In this document: one piece after another, positions 24,122 to 34,800 of the stretch
How positions within the stretch are numbered: the first letter of the stretch is position 1
Layout: every line of letters begins with the position of its first letter
NCBI RefSeq assembly: GCF_964355755.1
Contig: NC_092677.1
Span: 22,183,175 to 22,247,174, forward strand
Reading direction: 5' to 3'
DNA length: 64,000 nt
Origin: Antedon mediterranea
Taxonomy: Eukaryota > Animalia > Echinodermata
Program-made: the position numbers and the translations under genes
The notes under the pieces: model-generated
Told to the model about the DNA's origin: nothing
Databases searched by the model: none
Seen by the model: only the letters and a program-made list of their open reading frames with translations

Positions 24122-25820
24122 TGTTGTTCCCAAAATTACATTAACCCACTTTGGGAAGTCTTGCTGTACTGTAACCTCATTTGGAAGACACTGAACCAGC
24201 ATATCTTTAAACTTTTTTCAGACTGGTTGAATAGTTTTACATGCAATTAATGAGTGTTTTTCATTTTCTATATGATTCTTACACTTATTACATTTGTCTG
24301 TTGTGGATAATTTCCATCTTTTTAGTCTTTTTTTACATATAAGGATTCGATGTAACAACTTAAAATTAAATTGTGCTACTTTTACCATGTGTTTCATTCT
24401 ACATACTTTTCTATTCCATATTTCATTCCAGTCAATAATTTCATCTCTAAATTCTATTTCCCATTTCATTTGAGGATTTGGAATAATACATATACCATTT
24501 ATAAACTGCTTATAATCGTAAGACGATCTTATCCTATTATGAAATATATTATGTTCTCTAAATTGTATATCTATGCGTGCATTTTCCAACCTTATTTGTT
24601 CTTTCCATATATCAGGTATTGCATTTATTGTTGCAAAGTATTCAATTAATCCATTCTGTTTATTCGACAGTGTTGGAATAATTTCTGCTGCAGTCAATAA
24701 CCTGTTATTTACGACTATATCATTTACTCTTTTGTATCCAGAGTTTAACCAGGTGTTGAAATATAGCGATTTTCCCTCAATTGATGTTATAAATATGTTT
24801 TCCCATAAGTGTTGTGACTTAATTTCTTGTAAATTTTGCGGCTCTAAACAATATACAATATTGTTTAATTCAACAGCTGATTTCAACATATTCATATAAA
24901 ATACTGGCATATTTTTTAATTTAGTATGCGCTTCAGCATTTAATTTACTACAATTCGCAGTATATCAACTGGATGCATATAGTAGTTTGGAATACATTTC
25001 CAAATACCTGGGTTAGGATTTAACAGTCTATTAACCCAACTCAACTTCAGAGAGTCCACTAAGATATTAAAATTCACCATATTTATACCACCTTTATCTA
25101 CTGTGTTTATAAGAGTTTTTCCTAAAATTTTTTCCCCTTTTCCTCCCCACAAAATCTATATAACAATGTATCAACTTTTGGAAAGATATAAGATGGTACA
25201 TCTATTATACAAGCATTGTATATTAATTTTGAAATGGCAAGAGATTTTATTACTGTTGCCTTGCCAAAAAACGTAAGGTTTCGTTTTTCCCATAGTTTTA
25301 GTGTATTCTCTAATTTTAAAACTGTATCATCCCAATTTCGTTTAACACAAGTATGTTTATCATACCCTACGTAGGTTCCAAGGAATTTCACTGGTTCTTT
25401 GGTCCATTTGATATTAAATGGCGATGTTTGTTTGTTTTTATTTGCTCCAATCAAAATTCCTTTCGATTTACTTTTATTTAACCTTAAACCTGATATTGAA
25501 CAGAACATTTCAATTTCACACAGAAAATGGTTTAAACTAATTTCATCCTTTGTAAATATTACAGTATCGTCAGCTAGTTGAGCTATTTTAACAATATGAT
25601 CTTCATTTTTATAAAGCAGACAAAGGACAACCCTGTCTTACACCACATCTCATATTGAATCTTTCAGATATCCAACCATTGTGGGTTACAAGGCATTGCG
25701 TATCTCTATATATAGTTTTTATCCAGTTAATAAATGACTGTCCAAAACCATATTTTTTCAGACATATAAACATTAAATTTCTATCTATAGAATCAAACGC
25801 CTTCATAAAAGCTTACTTGT
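24121..25820 (-). pseudogene. Tx1/L1 fragment, copy 2 (lacks 3' end)
   Basis: Near-identical to ~817-2515, with the same 5' junction AAAGCTTACTTGT|TCGACCTCG. ORFs at 24218-24910, 25122-25508 and 25609-25806. Confidence 0.92.
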
Positions 25821-26223
25821 TCGACCTCGATTTTACGTACAGACAGTGACCTCGATTTTACTTACAGACATCGACCTAGTTTTAACGTACAGATATCGAC
25901 CCCGTTTTGACGTACATACATCGACAGCTATTTTACGTAAAGACAACGACCCCGATTTCACGAACAGACATCGATCCCGTATTTACGTACAGGCATCGAC
26001 CCCGATTTTACGTACAGACATCGACCCCGATTTTACGTACAGACATCGACCCCGATTTTACGTACATACATCGACCCCTATTTTACGTACAGAGATCGAC
26101 CCAGTTTTTTTCGTACAGACATCGACCCCGATTTTACGTACAGACATCGACCCCGATTTAACGTACATACATCGAACCCGATTTTACGTACAGTCATCCA
26201 CCAAGTTTTTACGTACAGACATC
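25821..26223. repeat. 25-bp satellite array 3
   Basis: Same monomer. Its start is homologous to 2516 onward. Confidence 0.95.
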
Positions 26224-26990
26224 TATTACATTGAGAGCGTGAAACAACGGTTGGTTTTTAAAATTTTCTAATACTGCTGCTCTAAAAACATCGAAAAATC
26301 TCAGTTCTTAATCAACGGATTTTTAATATAGATAGCACTGAAGACATACAAAAACTGCTGAACTTAAATAAACCTGCATCGGAGTTGAAATCTGTGTTGA
26401 AACTTGGTTTTTCAAATTGATCATCAGGTAGGCTCCAGTCAGTGTATTGTAACGCTAAGCCGTTACGTTGGTCCCCCACGAAAAACGATCGTATAGTAGG
26501 TTACTCAAATAAATTAAATCGACCATTGTATAATTTCCGTCTACTTTAATATTTGACATTAAACTTTTTTGTAAAGAATCAACTTATCAACGATCGTGAA
26601 GATCTCGACCTTAGTTACAAGAAATATCAAAGTTTAATTAATATCTCTGTTAGCTGTTTTTACAAATTTAAACTGATTTTACTGAGAAGATTGATACGTA
26701 TTTTTAGCGCCTTTTGTCAGATCAAAGGAATCGCCGCCCAGTGCAAGCTATTACGCAACACTGAAAGGACTGTCAAGATCTTTTGTTTTCTTTTGTTTTT
26801 GGTCTTCACGCTTGATCGACTCTCGGTTTACAATAGCTTTTTGATACGACTAGGCGATGGCTGATAAGAAACAGAAAAAGAAAAACGAAAAAAAGAAGAT
26901 ATACAAATGCCAAGCTAATACAAATGGTATACATATGGAAAAAGAAATGGAGAGGATCGACATATCTGATTCTCCCCAACACTAACAAAA

Positions 26991-28493
26991 ATGGATTCTA
27001 AGCCAAACTCACAAACTGCTTGTTCTCCGCCAACCTTATTGAGAATCTGCGATGAATTCCCTTCAATAAATGAGCAACATCCTGGAACCTTTGATAAAAG
27101 GTTTAACAATATTATTGTCAACTATATGGAAGAAAACTATGAGCTTAAGCTACAAATTGTAAGAACAGAAAATGAAAATCTCAGAACAGAAAACAAATCA
27201 CTAAAATCTGAGGTTGAGTCTCTGAAACAAAGGCATCTAAAAATACACTGTCCCAAAAAAAATGATGACATTTCTAAAATTAGAGCTGATATCGACAAAT
27301 CTAATGAAAGAATGAAAAAATTGGAGAAGGAAAACAAAAATCTGAAACTTGACTTTGAGTCTTGGAGGTTATGGGAAAAACGGACAATGAACAAGGAAGA
27401 ACAAATAAAGACATTACGTCAACAAGTTACAGAAACGGAGCGTAGCTTATCCATAGCTAAAGACGAAATATATGAACTAAAAAGAACGCAAATTGCCATC
27501 GACACCTCAGATTTTGAACTACAACGTAGGACGAGAAAACAAATAATGGAAAGTCACACAAGTTCTACGACAACGCAAACAAGGAAAGTTTCTTCTAACA
27601 CAAACGATTCTATTACACAAACTGAACAATTGATTGATAATCTGTTTGAGGAGCTTACCAACAGGCAGCCATCTTCTACTTCTTCAAAACTGACCAAATC
27701 AAAATCATCTGCGTCTGCTGCATACCAGGATCAACTAAGCCAATATAGAAACAAACACAAACAGATACACTCTGATACAGCTTTAGATAAAAAAATCTTG
27801 ATTATTGGAGATTCGATGATAAAACAGTTTAAACCAAAACGACTTAGCAGGTCAACAAATCTGAACGTAATCTGTCAGACAATGAGAGGCGCGAAAATTG
27901 ATGACATTGCACACAAGGCAGCAGTACTGTCAACAGAACATAATGTGGATAGAATTATTCTACACGCGGGAACTAATAACTCCTCAGATGACCCAGCCAC
28001 TATTGCAGTAAAAATATCATCTCTCGGAGAATCTTTACAACCGAGAAGAGTAACAATCTCCTCGATAATTCATCGAAAACATGAATCTCTTACAGAATCT
28101 AAGCGTATAAACGATGCCAATGACAAGATACGAGCAGTTGCTAGACAGCGAAATTGGGGCTTTATTGACAATAGTTGTATCATGTCAAAACACCTGTCTT
28201 CGGATGGAACTCACCTAAACCAAATTGGAGTTGGGTCATTTGCCAAAAATGTTATAAACCACATCAATGGAAATTCGTGCGACGAATCTTTGTCTGTACC
28301 TGTGCCTGACATATACAAGCCACAGTCGTCGATTTTTCATCGTGCGAATATGTATCAACGACAAACGGAAGCAAATCGTCCATTGGAGAATCATCAATTT
28401 CTACAAATAAAACCCCACAGAGACCAAATACACCAAGAGTGGAGCCAGTACCTGGACACAGTCCGCCGACTGCAAAAGGACACAGCGCCATAA
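26991..28493 (+). CDS. L2 ORF1p: coiled coil plus SGNH esterase domain
   Basis: 500 aa with an N-terminal heptad coiled coil. SGNH blocks IIGDSM, RGAKI, HAGTNN and DGTHLN, as in ZfL2-1/CR1 esterase-type ORF1. Confidence 0.9.
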   Translation: MDSKPNSQTACSPPTLLRICDEFPSINEQHPGTFDKRFNNIIVNYMEENYELKLQIVRTENENLRTENKSLKSEVESLKQRHLKIHCPKKNDDISKIRADIDKSNERMKKLEKENKNLKLDFESWRLWEKRTMNKEEQIKTLRQQVTETERSLSIAKDEIYELKRTQIAIDTSDFELQRRTRKQIMESHTSSTTTQTRKVSSNTNDSITQTEQLIDNLFEELTNRQPSSTSSKLTKSKSSASAAYQDQLSQYRNKHKQIHSDTALDKKILIIGDSMIKQFKPKRLSRSTNLNVICQTMRGAKIDDIAHKAAVLSTEHNVDRIILHAGTNNSSDDPATIAVKISSLGESLQPRRVTISSIIHRKHESLTESKRINDANDKIRAVARQRNWGFIDNSCIMSKHLSSDGTHLNQIGVGSFAKNVINHINGNSCDESLSVPVPDIYKPQSSIFHRANMYQRQTEANRPLENHQFLQIKPHRDQIHQEWSQYLDTVRRLQKDTAP

Positions 28494-31400
28494 GTACTCA
28501 TTTTTCTAAATTAAAATTATGTGTACTTAATGCTCGATCCACGCAACGCAAAGCCTCAAGAAAAAGAGTGGAGCAAGTATCTGGAAATGGTGAGACGAGT
28601 ACTAAATCCACAGAAAAGCATAGGTCTATAGAAAAAGCACATCTTAATTTTGGCGTTCTAAATGCACGTTCACTGCGTAACAAGTGTGATGAATTTGTGG
28701 ACTTAGTTGTTAGCTATAATCTAGATGTAGTGGCGGTGTCTGAAACCTGGTTAAGACCAGATGATGATCTTGTGATTGGAGATTTAACTCCACTAGGATA
28801 TCGCTTTGTGCATGTCCCTAGGGTGGACAAAACTGGGGGTGGTGTTGGAATTCTGTCTAAGTCAAGCTTAGTTGTTAACTTGAAAACGGATGTACATACA
28901 TATGCATCATTTGAGGCTATACATGTGCATATTACGTCTAACTCGAAATCTCTTCGTTTAGTTAACATATATCGACCACCAACCTTGTCTGTTACAGAGT
29001 TCCTAAATGATTTTGAAAAAATGTTGTTTGACTTTATTCTCTTTTCGTCTGAAATTGTTTTCTGCGGAGACTTTAATATCCATATGGATAATAAAAAAAA
29101 TGTGGCAGCGGATAGATTTAAAACACTGCTTAGATCGTTTGGTCTCCAGCAGCATATAAATGAACCCACACACTGTAGTGGGCACTGCCTCGACCTTATC
29201 ATCACTAGAGATGATCTACTTCTCTCGGATGTAAAGATACACCCTGGCCTGTCAGATCATTTTGCCATATTTTGCAAGTTTGATCTTAAACGGCCCACAA
29301 CACACAAAACTGTAAGAAAAAGTCGCAACCTAAAACAAATTGATATTGATAAATTCACAAATGACATTAAAGCCTGTGTGTCTAATATAACTGATGTAAG
29401 TGTAATTCTTGAAGACAGTGTAGAAAGCTATTCTGATCTCAGAGCTGTACTTGATTTACATGCGCCAGTTCAGAACAAAACAATTAGGCAAAAGGAAGCT
29501 AAACCGTGGTATACCGATGAAATTCGATCTGAAAGGAAAGTACGTCGTCAACTTGAACGTAAATGGATGAAATCAAAGCTTCCTAAGGATAGACAGGAAT
29601 ACTGTGTTCAAAGATGCGTTGTAAATGGACTGATTGAAAAGGCCAAGACGCGGTATTACTCTAGTCTGGTTAGTGACTGCACAGATGATCAAAAGGAACT
29701 TTTCAATATAGTAAATAAACTTTTACATCACTCCAAGTCATCGGTCCTTCCTTCGTCTGTCTCCGATGAAGCTCTTGCTGAAAGATTTTCTGTGTTTTTT
29801 GTAAATAAAATTAAATCAATTCGTGATTCACTAGAAAATGAAAATACTGGCGAAGTTATAACTGCTTCTGATAAATGTAATATATCTTATGGTTTAACTA
29901 GGTCTATACGGTTTTCTCAGTTCGAACCTGCAAGTGATGAGGAAATTTTAAAAATTGTCAAAAATTCTCCCTCTAAATCATGTGCACTTGACCCGGTACC
30001 AACTTCACTGATTAAGAAATGTACTTCTGCATTTATTCCATTAATCACACATATTGTTAATAAGTCTCTTGAAAGTGGTTCTTTCCCAGAGTCTCTAAAA
30101 GTCACCCATGTTCGACCCACATTGAAAAGAAACAGGTCTAGATCCCGAGATTCTGAAAAACTACAGACCTATCTCGAATCTTAGTTTTTTAGGAAAAATA
30201 ATTGAGAAGGTTGTTTCTAAACGGATTTTGTCGCATGTACAAAAACATGGCCTACTTGATCCGTATCAATCTGCCTACAAAGCGCATCACAGTACTGAAA
30301 CGGCATTACTTCGTGTAAATAATGACATCCTACGTGGGATGGATGATGGAAAGCTAACTGCTCTAGTATTATTAGATTTAAGTGCAGCATTTGATACGGT
30401 TGATCATTCTGTGTTGCTAAATAGACTCAGTACTTATATTGGTATTGAAGGAAATGCACTTGATTGGTGTCGGTCATATTTGGAAAAACGACCTCAACAC
30501 GTATGTATTGGTGATGCTATTTCAAAAGCTTCTTTTCTAAACTTTTCGGTACCACAAGGATCTGTTCTTGGGCCGCAATGGTTTACTATTTATTTACACC
30601 CGATACGGGATATCATAAGTAAATATGATCTGTGCTATCATGTTTATGCTGATGATACTCAGATTTATATTTCTTTTAAACCTACTATGAAACACAGTGA
30701 CATTTCTTTGGAATTGCTCCAACATTGTATCTATGAATTGCGTGTCTGGATGAAAAACAACTTTCTTAAATTAAATGATGAAAAAACAGAATTTGTTCTC
30801 TTTGGATCAAAACAGCAGTTGGAAAAACTGCCACCAAGCTTTATTCACATTGGTGAAACCCAAATTGACCCGGCTAGGCAGGTTAGAAATCTTGGGGTTG
30901 AAATGGATGTGGGTATGACTATGATTTCTCATATCTCAAAAACTATTTCTGCGTCGTCTTTTCACTTGCGAAACATTCGAAGGATTCGTAAGTTTATAAA
31001 TGAGACAGCAGCTAAACAACTTGTTCATGCTTTTGTCACTTCACGACTAGATATGGGAAACTCTTTGCTATACGGGCTACCACAAAAACAACTCCACAGG
31101 CTCCAACTGATTCAAAATACAGCGGCACGAGTTGTTAAAAAATTACCAAGATATGGACACATATCAAATACTTTGGAAATATTGCATTGGCTCCCTGTTA
31201 GGTACCGCATTGTTTTTAAAATATTACTCTTTGTTTTTAAGTCTATAAATGGCATGGCTCCTGAATATATTTCTGACATGCTTAGGCTGTATGTTCCCGG
31301 ACGTAATCTGCGCTCTAGTGACTCGCTGCTTCTACATCAGCCTAAGTCTCACCACTCATGGGGTGACAGAGCATTCTCCTTTACTGCTCCTCGTCTGTGG

Positions 31401-31508
31401 AATGCTCTACCGAGCTCTATAAGATTTTGCAAAACTGTTGATACTTTTAAAAAATTATTAAAAACACATTTATTCATTAAGGCATATGGAAATCATGAGG
31501 TTTCTTAA
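28439..31508 (+). CDS. L2 ORF2p: AP endonuclease plus reverse transcriptase, one frameshift at ~30125
   Basis: Endonuclease motifs NARSL, SETWL, GGGV, YRPP, GDFN, LDL, SDH. Removing one base near TTGAAAAGAAAC restores TGLDPEILKNYRPISNL. RT motifs DLSAAFD, VPQGSVLGP, YADD, LHWLP, APRLWNALP. Confidence 0.9.
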
Positions 31509-31532
31509 AGTTGTTTAGACTTAGAATTGTTT

Positions 31533-31737
31533 TGTATACCTTTTCCTGGCCAGCATTCTCTTTGGGGTGCCTCTGTCTTGGTTGTTGTCTCTGAGCACCC
31601 GGTCGTCTGTGGCAAGGCAAATGTGTATCCTGCTCCTTTGTTTGGTCACCTAGGTAGGGGTCCGGGACCGCGACAGAATGACAACGGATGGGGACCCTCC
31701 AAAGAAATTGCATTTTATTTGCCAGGAATTTGTATGA
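31533..31737 (+). other. Long imperfect RNA hairpin in the L2 3' UTR
   Basis: Nested complementary arms: TTCCTGGC/GCCAGGAA, TCTTTGGGG/CTCCAAAGA, GTTGTC/GACAAC, TCTG/CAGA, CCCGG/CCGGG, GTGGC/GTCAC, GGCAAA/TTTGTT. Confidence 0.7.
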
Positions 31738-31824
31738 TTTATTTCTTTTTTATTTTTAAATGCGCCTTGAGCACTCTGGAGTGGTATGTGCGCTATAAAA
31801 ATCTTATTATTATTATTTATTATT

Positions 31825-34800
31825 ATCACCCTCGATTTTACGTACAGACATCGACCCCGATTTTACGTACAGACATCGACCTCGATTTTACGTACAGACA
31901 ACGACCCTGATTTTACGTACAGACATCGACCCCGTTTTTACATAGAGACATCGACCACGATTTGACGTACAGAAATCGACCCTGTTTTTACGTACAGACA
32001 TCGACCCCGTTTTTACATAGAGACATCGACCACGATTTTACGTACAGAAATCGACCCTGTTTTTACGTACAGACATCGACCTAGTTTTTACGTACCGACA
32101 TCGACCTCGATTTTACGTACAGACATCGACCCCGATTTTACGTACAGACATCAACCTAGTTTTGACGTACAGACATCGACACAGATTTTACGCAAAGACA
32201 TCGACCCCGATTTCACGTACAGACATCGACCTAGTTTTTACGTACAGACATCGACACAGTTTTTACGTAGAGACAGCGACACCGTTTTACGTACCGATTA
32301 CGACCCCGACTTTACGTACAGAAATCGAAATAGTTTTTAGGTACAGACATCGACACCGCTTTTACGTACAGACATCGACCCCGATTTTACGTACAGACAT
32401 CGACCTAGTTTTTACATACAAACATCGACCCTGATTTTACATACAGGCATCGACCTAGTTTTGACGTACAGACATCGACCCCGTTTTTACATACACATAT
32501 ACATCGACCTCGATTTTACGTATAGACATCGACCCCGATTTTACGTGAAGACATTGAACCCTTTTTACGTACAGGTATCGACAATGATTTTACGTACAGA
32601 CATCGACCTAGTTTTGAACTACAGACATCGACCACGTTTTTACGTACAGACATCGACCCTGATTTTACGTACAGACATGTACCTCGATTTTACGTACATA
32701 CATCGACCACAAATCAACGTAGAGACATCGACCCCGATTTTACGTACAGACATCGACAATGATTTTACGTACAGAAATCGACCTAGTTTTGACGTACATA
32801 CATCGACCTAGTTTTCACGTACAGACATCGACCCCGTTTTTACATACAGACATACATCTAGTTTTTTACGTACAGAGATCGACCTAGTTTTTACGCAAGA
32901 CATCGACCCCGATTTAACGTACAGACATCGACCCCGTATTTACGTACAGACATTGACCTAGTTTTTACGTACATACATCGACTCCGTTTAACGTACCAAC
33001 ATCGACCCCGTTTTTACGTACAGACATCGACTCCGTTTTTATGTAAAGATATCGACACCGATTTTACGCAAAGACAACGATCCCGATTTCACATACAGAC
33101 ATCGACCCCAATTTTACGTACAGTCATCGACCCCGTTTTTACGTACAGACATCAACCTCGATTTTACGTACAGACATTGACCCCGATTTTACGTACATAC
33201 ATCGACCCCGATTTTACATACATACATCGACACCTATTTTACATACAGACAACGACCCCGATTTTACGTACAGACATCGACCTAGTTTTGACGTACAGAT
33301 ATCTATCCCGTTTTGACGTACAGACATCGACACCAATTTTACGCAAAGACAACGACCCCGATTTCACGAATAGACATCGATCCCGTATTTACGTACAGAC
33401 ATCGATCCCGTATTTACTTACAGACATCGACCTTGTTTCTACGTACAAACATCGACCCCGATTTAACGTACATATATCGATCTCGATTTTACGTACATAC
33501 ATCGACTCCGATTTTACATACTGTACATTCATTGACCCGATTTTACGTACAGTCTTCGACTCCTATTTTACGTACAGACATCGACCTCTTTTTACGTACA
33601 GACATCGACCCCCTTATTACATACAGATATCGACTCCGCTTTTACGTACAGACATCGACCTAGTTTTTACGTACCGACATCGACCTCGATTTTACATACA
33701 GACAACGACCCCGATTTTACGTACAGACATTGACCACGATTTTACGTACCGACATCGACCATGTTTTTACATACAGACATCGATCCCGTATTTACTTACA
33801 GACATCGACCTAGTTTCTACGTACAAACATCGACCCCGATTTTACGTACATACATCTACCACGATTTTACGTACAGACATCGACACCGATTTTACGTACA
33901 TACATCGACCCGATTTTACGTACAGTCATTGACCCAGTTTTTACGTACAGACATCAACCTCGATTTTACGTACAGACATTGACCCCGATTTTACGTACAT
34001 ACATCGACCTCGATTTTACATACATACATCGACTCCTATTTTACATACAGACAACGACCCCGATTTTACGTACAGACATCGACCTAGTTTTGACGTACAG
34101 ATATCTACCCCATTTTGACGTACAGACATCGACACCAATTTTACGCAAAGACAACGACCCCGATTTCACGAATAGACATCGATCCCGTATTTACGTACAG
34201 ACATCGATCCCGTATTTACTTACAGACATCGACCTTGTTTCTACGTACAAACATCGACCCTGATTTAAGGTACATATATCGATCCCGATTTTACGTACAT
34301 ACATCGACTCCAATTTTACGTACATACATTGACCCGATTTTACGTACAGTCATCGACTCCTATTTTACGTACAGACATCGACCTAGTTTTTACGTAAAGA
34401 CATCCACCCTGATTTTACATACAGACATCGATCCCTATTTTACGTACATACATCGACCCCGATTTTACGTACATACATCGACCCGTATTTATTAACAGAC
34501 ATCGACCTAGTTTTTACGTACAGACATCGACCCCGATTTTACGCAAAGACAACGACCCCGATTTCACGAATAGACATCGATCCCGTATTTACGTACATAC
34601 ATCGATCCCGTATTTACTTACAGACATCGACCTTGTTTCTACGTACAAACATCGACCCCGATTTAACGTACATATATCGATCTCGATTTTACATACATCG
34701 ACTCCGATTTTACATACTGTACATACATTGACCCGATTTTACGTACAGTCATCGACTCCTATTTTACGTACAGACATCGACCTCTTTTTACGTACAGACA

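Larger units (their letters stand above)
26224..31824 (+). mobile_element. Full-length L2-clade (CR1 group) LINE, ~5.6 kb, near intact
   Basis: ~770-bp 5' UTR, ORF1, APE-RT ORF2. L2-type 3' end GCGCCTTGAG...GCGCTATAAA followed by a (TTA)n tail. Inserted in the 25-bp satellite with at most an ATC microduplication. Confidence 0.93.

Noticed and set aside
31527-31910. 127-aa ORF after L2 ORF2 as a possible ORF3
   Set aside because: It has a TTG start and runs through the tail into satellite. Its openness is explained by the GC-rich hairpin.
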